Source: Anthoceros angustus (taxonomy: Eukaryota; Plantae; Anthocerotophyta). Taken from it: a stretch of DNA of 64,000 nucleotides. The stretch's first letter is position 1. Every line of letters starts with the position of its first letter. The position numbers were made by a program, and so were the translations under genes. The notes under the pieces are model-generated. The model ran no database searches. It saw nothing but the letters and a program-made list of their open reading frames with translations, and was not told the origin of the DNA. Positions 49,486 to 62,816 of the stretch are shown in pieces. Where the stretch lies: positions 1,178,001 to 1,242,000 of the forward strand of contig MU008168.1 of assembly GCA_010909165.1 (NCBI GenBank), in the 5' to 3' direction.

Positions 49486-52339
49486 GGCGTCCTGTGGGCC
49501 TCCCACCAGATTTGCGCACCCGGAGCAGGGGAGGGAGCTGGATTGGCACGCAGCTTCCCGTTTACAATGCCTATGCTTTTAATCGCCACGCGGTTAACGT
49601 GACCGATATGTGGACTAACTGCGGCTCGAACTCTTCACGCCTACGAAAATACACGATCTATGGGGGAGGAAGAACTGGGCCGGCCAAGTTTGTCTCTAGT
49701 CTCTTGACAGGGAGAGCTGGAGGCTACTGCATACTTTGCCCGAGGCCGGGTAGCATTAAAATTTGTCACTCCGACCATAAACGTCAACCCATATTAGGAA
49801 AAATATAAAAGAAAGATGGAGCTAACCTCAAATTTTCGAAGACACCGGAATGGTCACCTAAGCAATAAATCAGTAAAAAAACCTCGAGTCTGTGGAAGGT
49901 TGCAACCCAACAACGTACGTTTGATGGATGTGGGAGACTTAGGGATGGGTGCCCTTCAACTTTTTTCCTATAAAGACTTCTTTGGAACTCTTCATAAAGG
50001 TGGGAATTGTTTTCAAGGTTTTTGATAAGCCTCATAGAAATGACGGATTCAACTTGTATCACAATTGTGTAGCAAACTATAAGATTTTTTCAAGGAAAGG
50101 GTGATATAGTATGACAAATTATAGTATCTACATCAATACAGATGGATTATGTTTTCGTTTCTATTGATCTAGATGGGTTGTGTTTTTATTTCTATTGGAA
50201 GTAGACAAGGAAATTAAAGATGTTGCTCATTGTCGAAGTTGGAGTTGTGCTTTGCCGTCGTCAGTATTCTTTGTTATGCCTTCCACTCTGATGATAAGAT
50301 GTGGTTTGAATTCCTGCAAATCAGTATTGCGGAGGTACATGTAGAAAAGGAAGTCCCCTTACTTTGGAATGCAAGATCGCCAAAGTTGAAGGTATAACAA
50401 GAGTGATGTTGGCAAAGCACAACTGCAAATTCAACGTGAACGACATCTCTTTTTTTTTAATTATATTATTTTAACAAAAAAACTAAAATAAAGTAAAGTA
50501 AAGAAGCGTCCTTGACACCTTGAGACAATGCATATTCCGATGAAGATGGTAACCTTAATACTAATGAGAGAGCTTGTCAAATGGTAGAAGCAAGTAGATA
50601 AGTAGGAACATCATTTTGAAAAATCGTAATTGACCTTGGTAGATACTTAGGATGACTTGACAAACGAAAGCAGCTGCAAACAAACATTGATGACTTGCCT
50701 AGCGGGGCCACTTGCGCATCAATGTGTGTCCAAATGGCTTAGGCCAAATGGACACACATTTATAAGAACGTCGTGATTAAGAATCTTGTGATTAAGCATC
50801 TTGCGCTTAGATCGGTACTTAGATAGGGTGCTTAAAGGGAGTGGATGCCCTTGGTGCTAGTAGCTTAGGCACACCATGGAAAAAGTTGTTAAGTACCAAG
50901 TCCCATGACGGAAATCCGTCCTTAATGGACTTAAATAAAATTCTTCTTCTTCTTCTTCCTCTAGAGTGCAGAGTCGTGATGAGACTATAGGAAACACCAT
51001 TGTGTTTGGAGGCGAGTATGGTTCAGTAGTTTTAGAAGCTTGTACATAAAGGGTTTTAGATCGAAACAAATGAGTGGTCATGCATGTGGGAGATGACAAA
51101 GCTCTACACATCATGGCCAAGTATGTGTGACATGTGGCATTGCTAATTAGCGAGAGTAGAAAAGATGTTGAGAGAGGTTTTGCCTAATGACGAGAGGGTT
51201 TTGAGGCTGCTTTTCATGCTTGGAAGCAAAGTGCAGTTGTGTGGTTGCGGGTCTTGGAGCAATCTGTTGGAGAGTGGGGAGGGGAGTGTGATGGCAAGCC
51301 AAGGAGGTAGTTTAGAGGTTGTTGTTGTGTAACCATTAAAGGGCTTGTAGAGGCAATGGCCTATTTCTCGGAGGTCAACAAACTTGAGGAGTATACAACC
51401 AATTTGCCGACCAATGCGCCCTTGGGCTGGACTAATGCTTGGATGGAGAATCACCTATGTGAGGTTTGTAAGTTTTATTACATAAATCACATAGGAGCCA
51501 AGTGGAAGAGTGCTTGGGTGGTTGGCAAGATAGGACATGGGGTCTGAGTCCCGTTCTTACAAGTAGGAAGACGTTCCTATACATGGGAAGATGACTGCAT
51601 AGGAAGACATTCTTGCATAACGACTCATGGTGTAGATGTAGAATGTACTTGAGGAGGATGTAGATTAATGTACTACATTCAATAACCTACTTCTACTAGA
51701 AGGAAGCGGTAGGATATAGTATGTAAGGTTGTACGAAGTCTGTACGATCTTGAGGTTGTAGGAAATATGTAGGATGTGGGGTGCAATTGAGGGTGGCAGT
51801 CGGAGCCCGATGCACGAGTTTTAGAGGTGTGCATTAGAGTTTTTCCTTGGGTTCTATAGGGCAAGTTGCTCTTCTTCTATGGAGGAGTCTAGGGCATAGA
51901 AGATGCAGGGAATGTTGAACTCATAGAAGCTGATAAATCGAAGAATATGGAGCCTTTTCGGTAAAAAGTGGCTGGATTCTTGAATTTGTGCAAGCAAGTT
52001 GGGCAGGAGTTTGGAATCCATGGTACATGTAGGGATAGTTCGACGGCTAGAGCAGGGAAGTGGGGGTTGTAGCTAGCTTGTGGGGATAGTGGATGGGATT
52101 TGGCCCTACATTGCAGCAACCAGTTACTAGTAGATGTATGGCTACGATTTAGAGCTTGGGCCATAAGCCCTGGGCAAGCTCCGTTACTATAATTGTCACA
52201 TGAGAGGACTGAAGCAGTGAGAAGCGAGATAGAGATTCTGTGTGTGCATCCTTATCTGTGTGTGTGTGCCATCCCAAGATCCACTTTGTCATATCTTGAG
52301 GGTGTGCAACTCTTTTCCCCGAGCCAATGGGACATTTGG

Positions 52340-55300
52340 AAAGCAAGTTGATACGTATGGTGATAGAGTCTGCTTGGGTTGTTTTCAGCAAATCCGTGCC
52401 ATCCTTGCCTTCAGAAGCCATTGATGCGGCAATTTTTGAATATCAAGAACGGATCAGGCGCTACCTCAATCTTGAGTGAGTGCTTGTCGAATTGAACACC
52501 GCAGAAGTCGTATCCAGTTCTTAGCCACGAAGCTCCATTTACCAGGCATATCTTTCCAGAATGCTTGGCTGGTAGGTAAGGACCCTGCTCGTCCTTCAGT
52601 CTTTCTCATCCGTTTCCATTCTCTCCAGGATAGGCTCCAAGTCTTGCGCGCCCGTGCTAATCTCCGAGGCCAGGATATTTATATAGGAGATGATTTAACC
52701 AAGCTACAGGTGAAGACCAAGCAAGCTTTGATGCCGGGCTTTCAGGGAAGCTCGCGCGGCTGGGAAGACTGCTTTCTTCCATCGAGATTGGCTGATTGTC
52801 AAGGAGCCCTCCCGAGTTCAGCACGGCCCTGGGACCTTATGAAGGTCACTCGCCCGCAATGCCCACTCAGGGGGCATCATCAAGATGGCTTCCTGGAATT
52901 GTAATGGATCTTTAAGGGCACAACCAGGCGGATTGCTCCAGCTTTTAGTGGGCCACGACTTGATCTTCCTTACGGAAACTCACGAACACCAGGCTAGACA
53001 CCTTCCCACCTTTCCCAACTTCCTTTCTTTTTCTCTTTTCAGGAATTATGTCTATTCAAAGACGCCCAAGGCTGCAGGTGGCTTCGCTTGTTTTTTTCGA
53101 TCTTCTCTCTCTGATTTCATCATTGTCGCTAGGGAGGACTCCTTTGCGAGGGTCCTATGGATCAAGGTTTCTGCAACCATCATTTCATCTAACGATCATT
53201 TGTTCATAGCATGCTGTTACTTTCCACCTCAGGGTTCTCCGCATGCTAGAGGCCAACCTCTCTTCACGTTTCAAGACCTCTCTGAAGATCTCATGTTTTT
53301 TATGCCTCAAGGAGATATTCTCCTGGTTGGAGACTTCAATGCTTGGACCTCCTCAGAACAATCTCCTATCTATGCACCAGATGATCGACATCAACTATTC
53401 CCGCTTGACGTTACAGACCTAGGCCTGCAGAGAAGGTCTGATGATCCGCACCAGGTTAATCTTTTCGGCAGGGCACTTCTCAACCTCGTGGAGTCGCATG
53501 GATTATTTGTATACAACAGACTCTCTCAATGGCCTGGGAGCGAGAGGATCACCCACTTTGCGCCTTCAGGTCAACTTCCTGCTGTTCTTGATTACGTTCT
53601 AGGACAGGCTTCTTTTGTTTCTTCAGTGCATCAATTCTATGTTTCTGACTTCAAGCCTCTAGAGTCTGACCATGCCTTCCTGTCTTGGCACATCTCGTGT
53701 CATAAGCCGCAAGCCATTCTACAATACCACAAGTCTCCTAGAGTTTGCTTTTCCCTCGACCATCGTCTAGCTTCCCAATACTCCTCTCTTTTGAAAAGAT
53801 CCTCGGCAGCTATTCTTCCCGCTCTTCCCTTCGCCCAAGCGCTGCAATGACATTCATTCCATCTTCAAGAGTGGTGACCCCCAGCTCCCATCTAACTATA
53901 GGTATATCATGGTTGAATCCATTTTTGCCAAGATCTTTAGCTCTTGCTTGGAAATTCTCACTACGACTTGGGCTGAGAATGTTGGAGTAAGGGCACAGGC
54001 GGGCTGGATTTCGTCTGCAGCGCAATACCCAGGATAATCTCTTCACTCTCATTGCTATTATTCAAGCCAAGAGCAGACAGAAGGATGACAGGCATGTTTA
54101 TGTATGTTTTGTTGACTTCAAGCGGGCATTTGACTCTATCTCGAGGAGAAGCTCTTTGACCGCTTCCATAGGCAGTATGCCTCCTCATCTTCTTCAAGCC
54201 ATAGGGGTTCTATATGACAAGGTGAAAGCCAAGATCCGCACTCCTTATCTTGCTTTTGACCTTTTGGATTTGCTTTGCAACATGGGAGTGCGGTAGGGAG
54301 ATCCATCTTCTCCTAACCTATTTGGCCTCTACATAGATGAACTGGAGTCTTGGATTGCGGAGTATGGGGATCCTGGTTGCATCCTTTCCTTAGTCTACAT
54401 TGCTATTCTCTTGTATCACGGATGACATTGCCCTTCTCTCCCACTCTCCTCGGGGCCTCCAACAAAGAATTGACATATTGTCGCTCAAGCAAGAGATTTG
54501 GAGGTCAATCTCAAGAAGACTAAGGTCATGTTCTTCAGCAGGCGGGATCGATTACACAATCTCAAGTTCTACTATAATGGTGAACTTGTCCGGTAGTTCG
54601 ATCTTATGTCTACAGGTGGAACTCATGTGGCCCGACACTTGATTGGAAGCTCTGCCTCACTCGCATTCTCAAGGGTGTGGCATCGGCATGTGGGGTTCGA
54701 AGACAGTGCTCTCGGATGCACATCAAGGACATCCCCACTCAGCAATGGTTATTCAACACGTCGTTCCTTGACTATGTATGCGGAGTTTTGGGGACCGTAC
54801 CTCTCTCCTGACGATTGGTGCAAGGTGGAGGAGGTTCAGACATCCTTTCTTCGTCCCCACATTGCGTGCAAGAGGTCTGTCCCCCTTCCCATCTTCCTTG
54901 CAGAGTTTGCCACATTCCCGCTTGAGCTGGATGGTCTATTTCGCTTGACTAACTTCTTCTACCGCCTTTGCTCATTGGAAGAAGCTCATTCGGATCATCC
55001 TACCTCCCCTCCTTCATACCTTCTTCTTGCTTTTCAGTCCTCCCGGAAATTAGCCGTCTCGGGAAATAAGACTTGTTGGTATGCGCAATCTTGCTCATGG
55101 CTGCAGAAATTTGGATTCTGTCCCGAGAGTCTTCCGGCCCATCCCCTTTTGCAGTTCTTGCCACCTCCTCCAAATAAGTCCATCCGCCTTGATTTGCAGA
55201 CTACATACTTGTCCTATACTTGGTCTCCTCTCTCTCCCTTATCACTAAGGCTTAACACTTATAAACAGTATTTTCGTACTTTATCCAATTTTGGGAAACC

Positions 55301-55520
55301 AGTGCTCCCTCTTTACCTTCGCACCCCTGTGTCTTTCAAATTAAGGATGATTATAGGTCATCTTCGTGTCGAGTCTCACCGTCTTAGGATTGAGACGGAT
55401 AGATAGCTACGTCCTAAGCCACCAAAGGAGTCCAGAATCTGCAGGTTATGCAATAGGGGGGTAGAGACTGAAGAACACTTTGTGTTCCTCTGTCATATCT
55501 ACTATCCCTCTATTTACAAC
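52340..55520 (+). mobile_element. Decayed non-LTR retrotransposon (LINE): ORF1 remnant, AP-endonuclease, RT, C-terminal zinc-finger
   Basis: LRGQDIYIGDDLT (ORF1). SWNCNG/LIFLTETH/LVGDFNA/LDYVL/SDH (endonuclease, 52,885-53,850). PSNYR, FVDFKRAFDS and degenerate gatgacattgccc YADD region (RT). CRLCNRGVETEEHFVFLC. Stops and frameshifts present. Confidence 0.88.
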
Positions 55521-55616
55521 AGCACGATCTTCACTTCGTCGCTTTTTCTCTTTTCCTGATCCTATTTCTGTAGGTGTCTGAGTAAAGCAAATGTGGGAGA
55601 AGCGGACTTAACATTT

Positions 55617-56341
55617 TCAAGAGTTCAACATACCTAACATTACATAATGATTCACGTCACTAGTTCTCATGAAAAATTTCCCTTCGGACTGCACAAATTG
55701 TTTTGTTGCCGAAATCTGGTCCGCGACTTCGAGTTTTGAAATGGACATACTGCCAGACATAGCCACTTCTCCTTGGACGAATTTCTTGAGCTCCAAACAT
55801 TTAACTTCCATGGAAGCGGAAGCTTGTTGCGTAATATCTTGTTTGAGGGCTGCAACGTCCTCGTTGAGCAGACAATGTGCAGAAAACTCCTGACTGAATG
55901 TGTCCAACTGCTGCTGGTGATGTTGGAAGACGTTTGTTTTTAATTGAGGAATCGCTGTCTTTGGAAGATAAGAAGGCAATTGCTTATTGAGGGAAGCAAT
56001 TTGGTGTTGATGCTGGAGAAGATCCGCACGTATGACTGGAAATTCACGCTCCAATTCCCTTCGAAGTGCAGCAATCTCGAGTTGTTGGGCTTGAATCTTG
56101 TCTTCAAAATGCTGCTTCGAAATTCGGAACTCCGATTTAAGTTCGTGCACTCGACTAGGAAGCCGAAGTCGCTGCGCTTCTTGATATCAACTTGGAAGGA
56201 TTTGAACAGCCTCTCGATTTTATTCTTGCCCCTCGTTCCCTTAGAAGATGTAGGAGCCTGCGATTTTGTAAAGTCTGTGGAGTCCAAAACGGTTTCTCCT
56301 CCAACGGATGGTCCACGTCCAAGCATGATATCCGAAGCCAT
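55617..56341 (-). pseudogene. Frameshifted coiled-coil ORF of unknown identity
   Basis: ORFs 55,940-56,341 and 55,617-56,150 overlap and appear joined by one frameshift. Heptad-like IQAQQLEIAALRRELERE and VAALKQDITQQ. No family recognised. Confidence 0.35.
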
Positions 56342-57276
56342 AAGAAAGTAGGTGCTCCGCCTGTGCGCTCAAAGGCAGGGCCAGCTATGTATGCCATTGC
56401 CACTTTGGAGCAAGAGCGAAAGGTGGTAAGAGAACCAGATGATAAAAATAAAAGTATAAAAGTATATTAAATTCTATATCATTCTGATATGAATTTAAAA
56501 TTTTAATAAAATTTTAAATATCTTCATTTCGAATTGGGTCTCTGTACTCTATTCTTTTTGGGACAGATGATAAAAATAAACATTAGGACGAAGCAGGCGG
56601 GACGCTTTGCTATAGGTATACCTATATACTGTAAGTATGCTTTGGTCCACGGGCAGGATTAGGAGTGAAGGACCAGGCCGGGTCTCAATACCGCTTGCTA
56701 CGCAAAGCCACCACTGATCTTCATGCGATGCAAGGCGCCAACGACACTCTTCATCGACAACCACAGTTCTACACTGGTCACCGTCTGATATCCCCGGACA
56801 TCTTGATTCATGATGCCCACCAACAAAGTTGCAGCGCTCTGTTGGCACAGAGAGTCTACAGCACTTTCAAATTCGCATTCCCCGTATCTTTCTTCACTGT
56901 ATCCTCAAGATGGAACTTGTTTATGAAGAGAATGTAGAAACCATAAATAGCTTGAACACAGAAAGGCTGTCAAGGAATTTCATCTCTTGATGAATATGTA
57001 CCAAAATAAAATCCCACTCAGTTTCGAATGCGTTATTTTCCTCTTCTGTAAGATCTACAAAACTGGCTGCAGTTGCCTCAAATAATGCTTCATTTAAAAA
57101 AAATGGAAAGCCTACCATGGACTTAGTCAACTCCCGCAGTTGACAAATCATCAGAAGGATGGGAAAGCAGCTTCCCAAAGACCCTGAACCCAGACTTCTG
57201 GCTTTGTGTGCGCACTCGGTGCTCAATTGAGATTCAACCGGATTCGTAACAAGAGTCGACAAGCGAGACGCTTAAC

Positions 57277-59819
57277 TCATTGCGTCTTACACTCTGGTGG
57301 CTGTTCGCCTTCCTTCTGCCCTGCTGCAAGATTCTTGCTTGCGAGCTGAAAACACAAGTTCCAAAAGACATCATCCAAGGGTTGAGCAACAAGGTGATAG
57401 GTAGAGCCGTCTATCGGCACAAAACTGCGACAAACCATTTCTGAACGATTCTGTTCAACCAATGAATAACCCTCTACAGATCTACATAATGCTCTGCCAT
57501 TCTTCCTGCAGTGATCCCCGCATTTGATGGAGGTCGCAACATCAACCAGCGAGTTTCAGGTTCTCACCTTAGAGGAAGGCACTCGTGGCTGTGCACACAT
57601 ATCCGACAAGAACACAAGCTTCAGAGTTGGGACCTTAATGGCTGGATCATAATACAAAACAGAAGTTTCAGGATGGTATCATGATCCATACCTTCCGCAC
57701 CTTCTCTTCCTCCTCCTCCTCATCATCATCATCTTCATCATCATCGTCGTCCTCATCCTCATCCTCATCACCATCGTCCTCGTCCTCTTCCTCATCATCG
57801 TCTTCATAGTCCTCCCCTTGCAATGCTTCTCCAGTAAACCACGATACAGCATGGGGAATGATCTTATCTCGGATAGTTGATCTGAGCAAAAGAACGATCA
57901 AATTCAACTCCGGATCAGCATAAAGACCACTCAGACCTTGAAGATGGTGTGGAACTCAGCTTGTTTGCTTACCCAATATCATAGTCTTGCTCCATCAAAT
58001 CCTGAAGTTCTTCAGCCTGTTGCAAAACACAGAGTTAACCTAATTCACATAATCAGAAAGGCTTGAGAGGGGACACACAGAGCTCAATATTATTGTCTGA
58101 TGAACGCACCGTGTCCTGGTCAATGTCATCATCATCAGGAACTTGGGGCGGGTTGAAAAAGTTGAAAAAGCTTTCACATTGTTCAGTCTTGGTCACTGGC
58201 TTTGTATTCTTAGCTCCTTTCTTGATCTTTTTCTTCAGAACTTTTGTGGTAAGATTTTTTCCCGCAACCCAATCAATCTCCGTACTACGGCCACACACAA
58301 CAAACATGAGCTGAAGAACGTCCTATTTCAGTTTCAGTTGGGAACCTGCATCGATGGACAAAGAGGCCAAGTGCACATACCCATCCGCACGCTCCAAGAT
58401 GGGCTCATCATCATCGATCATATGGTAGGTCTTGCTCAGCTGCAGAAACAAAATAAATCAATACACCCACAGATGCATCCACAGATTTTGATGACAAATA
58501 ACGATAGCCAAACCTACAAACACCATACCACTTCATTCTTGAAGTAAGGATTGCTCTCAAAGTAGAAATCTAGTTTGAAGCCCTTGTTGTCATCTAGACT
58601 GCTCCACTTGATGTCCTTCAAGTACTTCAGAGCACCCTCATCCCGATCTGTGATCTGTTTATCCATAGCATGGTCGTTACAAAAAGCTCAAATGAGAATA
58701 GAAACAGGTTAGAACGAAGCAAAGAACACAGTTAAGTCTGCCTTGGACTAGACCACCAACAACAAACAGTACCTGCAAGGCAAGGATTTCATTGGTCTTC
58801 ATGGCAGTGAGCCAAAACTCAGGAACTCCCTTCACTGTTCAATGCAGACAACCGAGAAAAGGAAATACTTAGAAGTTGACATCTGCACGTAAAAAGACAT
58901 GCGAGCAAGATGACAACTTAGCACTAAAGCACACACCATCCTCATCCTTCTTCTCATCTGCTGCAGCCGGCTCTGCCTCTGCAGGCTCATCCTTGGCTGG
59001 CTCAACTTCCACAACTCCATTGACAATGTCCGCCCTCTACAGAATACTTGATGTCAACGTCGTCTGTCCTTTCCTTACTCATAGATACTCAACCACACAA
59101 CCGCACTCATTGACTCTACCTTTATGTACAGAGGCTCATACAACTTCTGATACTTTGCTTCCAGAGCAGCTCTTTCCTGCTGAAACTTGGCCTCTAACTC
59201 ATCATGCTGAGTCTGTTGAAACCACAATCCCGTCCACCGTTAAATGGGCACTGTCACCTGGCGCGCACGACAGATTGAAAAGGCATTCGGCTGAACCTGC
59301 AGCTCCTGTAGAACAGTGACACGTCTCCTCACGGCCTTCGGCAGAGATTCCACGTATCCGGATGACTGGCCAGTGAGGTACTCCAGCTTGTCCTGGTAGA
59401 CAACGATTTCCAAATTCTTTAGCCCAAAACATCTTTCAGCTTTGATTCTTGAAGCACAGCCCCAGGCCATCGATGGATTCACGCACCTTCAGAACATTGA
59501 CCAAACCCTCACGAGCGGCCGCACTCATAGCTGCAAACACACCACCAACCGGGAACAAGGTCAGCGACTGCAGTCCAGCCCTAACCAGCGACCTCGTGCG
59601 CATGATCATAATCTGATTCAATCTTGGACCGGAGCCGGCCCTGATCGTTACAGATGATGGAAAACAGGGGGCAGAAACATCCAGAGATGTCTCACGCATC
59701 CACCGACACAGACAGCAGAGGAGCGAGATGAGAAAAGGGCCACCTCCGGCGCTCGGCAGGGCGGACCCCAAATCGGCCATCTGGAAGCTGGAATTGTTCT
59801 CGCCGCCCTCGTTGCTCAT
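57277..59819 (-). CDS. NAP1: Nucleosome assembly protein 1
   Basis: [76 protein letters not shown], acidic tract, and C-terminal EQPPECKTQ* CaaX typical of plant NAP1. Confidence 0.93.
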
Positions 59820-61348
59820 CGTGTCCTGGAAGTGGCGAACCGGCGCGGGAAGACGGTGATAGATCCGCTGCTAATGGCCCTGGCGGCGGCACACCACAAA
59901 AACCCTGCCGCAGAAGAGCCGCGCCTGCGCCTTCCGCGAGGGGGACACAGTCGCGCGCACAGGACGTCAGATCCCTAACCAGAAGCAAGATGCAATGAGG
60001 AAGCGAGCAGACGGCGGGCCTGCTTGAAAAAGGGAGGGAAAGGGAAGGTTGGGAAGACGAGGGGCACAAGCGGCGGCCTGGCAAGGGTTGTTCGCCTTCT
60101 TTTGTTCCCACGTATCTCTTTTTTTTAAGTGAATTGGGAGACTTTACAGATATTTCCCCACATATCTCTTTGGACAGCCAACATTACCGGCGGTAACAGG
60201 CTGCCAATTTTCGCTATCGTTTTTTTTTCTTATCTACGTACATACATACAAAAATTATGCATAAAATATAGACGAAAACAAAATTTTATGATAAAAAAGG
60301 GATGGGAAAATCCATTCACCCAAAAAACAAAGGGAAAAACCCAACGAAGGGCACCATGCTAGGGGATTAGCCCCACGATCATGCATTTCAAAACTACCAA
60401 CCGCCTGAAGAACACTACCAACCGCCTGAAGAACTTCGTGGTCAGGGATCTGAAAAGGCCTACTTACCACCGGTGTTGAAGAAGCTGCATCAAATATAGA
60501 TAGATTGTACATAAAATTCATAACGACCAAAAGACAAGGATCAGGGCTAAGAAGCATAGGACTATGACATGAGCGCTTTGTTCAATGCTTACATGAGAAG
60601 AGACTATGTACCTACTCCAAATGCCCTTGTGAGTCTTCCAAAAAAGAACATCTTCAAGTTGCATCTATCTAGATACTATTCATAATTGGTATTATCTAAG
60701 TACCATCTTCTCCTTCTCCTTTGTCACTAGAACCCATGTTTCCTGAGAAATGCACGTTGCCTTCTTTCCTAATTCTTTCCTAATAAAAAATACTATGAGA
60801 TCAAATTTTCTCTCATGAGCTGATTTGAAGTACAAGAAAGTCACTTCAAAGAGTCCACCAAGTTTATGTTTAGTTGAAAAGTTAAAAATTACAATGATAC
60901 ATATATAAAATATAAATATATGATTAAATCTTGAAATTGAAATATCACAATTTATAAAAATACATGGCTTGATTAGTTTTCTGTAATAAATCATAAAAAA
61001 TATAAGTGCATGATAAGGTTTAATAGGTATCAATAGCTTATATTACGTGATCGAGACCCATGTCACCAAATCTTCTATATATGAGATGAACATGGAGTGC
61101 AAAAGTATTACTTTCATTTTTTTGGATGTGTGAGCAAATAGGAGGGTGCGACATTTGTAAGTATCATAGATCTTTTAATATATTTTATGACTATTTTAGA
61201 TTACGCTTAAAGCTTCATGTGTTTGTACATTCTGCATTTATATTATCCATGGTCTATTATTATGTCAACATTGTGTGTTGGTGTGCAGCTAATGATACTA
61301 CTACTTGATTGTTTGCATGATGTAGGAGTTTAATATTAGATAGAGATC

Positions 61349-62547
61349 ATGACCAGGGGAGGCAGCAATCCTATTTGGAAGTATTACGAACACGTGCCCT
61401 CAAATGAATACAAGAAGTCACGTATAGTTTGCAAGTATTGCGGGAGAAGTTTTGTCTCTGGAAATTCAGGGAGGGCAATCGAGCATCTCGTCGAAGGGGG
61501 TAAAGATATTTCAAAGTGCCAAGATCGTCCTCTCGCATTGAAATTCAAGATATTGGAGGATTGTGGAATTCTTGATGAAAAGGTAATCATGATTAATATT
61601 GCTTGTTTCTCTGTTTGATCAACAATATTTTTTCCGTTTTCATGTACTGACATCTCTAATTTGTGTATGATTATGAAATTCAGCAAATCCGATTCAGGGG
61701 AAAACACTATGCTGAAAGAAAACGAGCATCTTCTAGGGAGGTTGAAGGAAAACGAGCATCTTCTATGGAGAAAGAAAATCATGCAGAAGAAATACAAGCA
61801 CTTTCTATGCAAGCACTTGTTATGAAGAGGGAAAAGCAAGCGGAAAAAAAAGCTATGAAGAGGGAAAAATATGCGGAAGAAAAGCAATCACATTCTATGA
61901 GAGCACTTTCTATGAAGAGGGAAACGCATGCTGACGCAAAACGAGCACGTTCTATGCAGAGGGAGAAGCACAATGAAGAAAAACAAGTATGCTGTATGAC
62001 GAGGAAGGAAAATCATGTTGAAGAAAAGCAAACATGTTCTATGAATACGATTCTGCAGGGAAGCTTGATGGAGAAGATTTTGCACTTGTGTACGAATGCC
62101 AACCAAGAAACTTTTTTCACTCAAATGAAACAACGTATCTATCATGAGCCCTTGGGCAATGGATTGCGGGCCAAAATGTTCATAGGTTCCAAAGAGCATG
62201 GACTCTTGGTAATGCAGTCCGAGATGACTTTGATGACCAATATAGAAATATATTCATTGGATAAGTTTAAGAGTATAGGTTGTTGGGATACAGATATGAT
62301 TTACTTTACATGTGGGGAGGGCAAGGACAACAACTTTATAATGCGAGTGGCGCATATCTCACAGAATGCACAATGTGAAATTGAATATATTCACTTTGCG
62401 AGAATATGGATTGATGTGTGCAAGAAGCATTCTGGCAAGGAAGAAAAGAATTATGCAATCCTGTGTATGCCACCTCATGTATGTGCGGGGGATGTGCAAG
62501 ACTTGGTAGACTTGAAGCTCGTATTGCAGCTGCATAGGCTCTATTGA
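61349..62547 (+). CDS. BED zinc-finger protein with charged repeats and an unrecognised C-terminal domain (~365 aa, one intron)
   Basis: IWKYY..IVCKYCG..RAIEHL..SKC is a BED finger. Phase-0 GT-AG intron 61,583-61,683 joins in frame to ORF 61,663-62,547. Confidence 0.7.
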
Positions 62548-62690
62548 CATTCCAAAGTCGAAATAGGTTGTTAGGAGTTAGAGGTTCTATTGACACTTCA
62601 AATTGAAATTGATTGTAAGCAAGTCATCGATTTGTCCTTGATACCCCTTGTGTAATGAGGTAGGTCGTATTAACTCGTGTTTCCTCTCCC

Positions 62691-62816
62691 TGTGTGCTGT
62701 CACTCTTTCTTGGCTCCCAAGCTTGGACAGCCTGGTTTTCAAATTGTTTCATATGTGTGCTGTCACTCTTTCTTGGCTCCCAAGCTTGGACAGCCTGGTT
62801 TTCAAATTGTTTCATA
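62691..62816. repeat. Perfect 63-bp direct tandem duplication
   Basis: tgtgtgctgtcactctttcttggctcccaagcttggacagcctggttttcaaattgtttcata occurs twice. Confidence 0.95.

Noticed and set aside
50695-50760. Helitron 3' end (hairpin followed by CTAG on the minus strand)
   Set aside because: CTAG is not followed by the T of an A/T target, the hairpin is not the GC-rich type, and no matching 5' TC end or Rep/helicase was seen.
51356-51660. SWIM-finger/MULE transposase remnant
   Set aside because: Needs several assumed frameshifts to read; too weak to list without a search.
56493-56519. 12-bp AT-only hairpin
   Set aside because: Expected by chance in a very AT-rich tract.
56549-57262. Minus-strand ORFs downstream of NAP1
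   Set aside because: No recognisable motifs and inconsistent frames; probably 3' UTR or intergenic.
57700-57815. (TCA/TCC)n low-complexity tract
   Set aside because: It is the coding sequence of the NAP1 acidic tail.
60392-60433. 21-bp direct duplication (actaccaaccgcctgaagaac x2)
   Set aside because: An ordinary slippage-type duplication in intergenic DNA with no supporting context.
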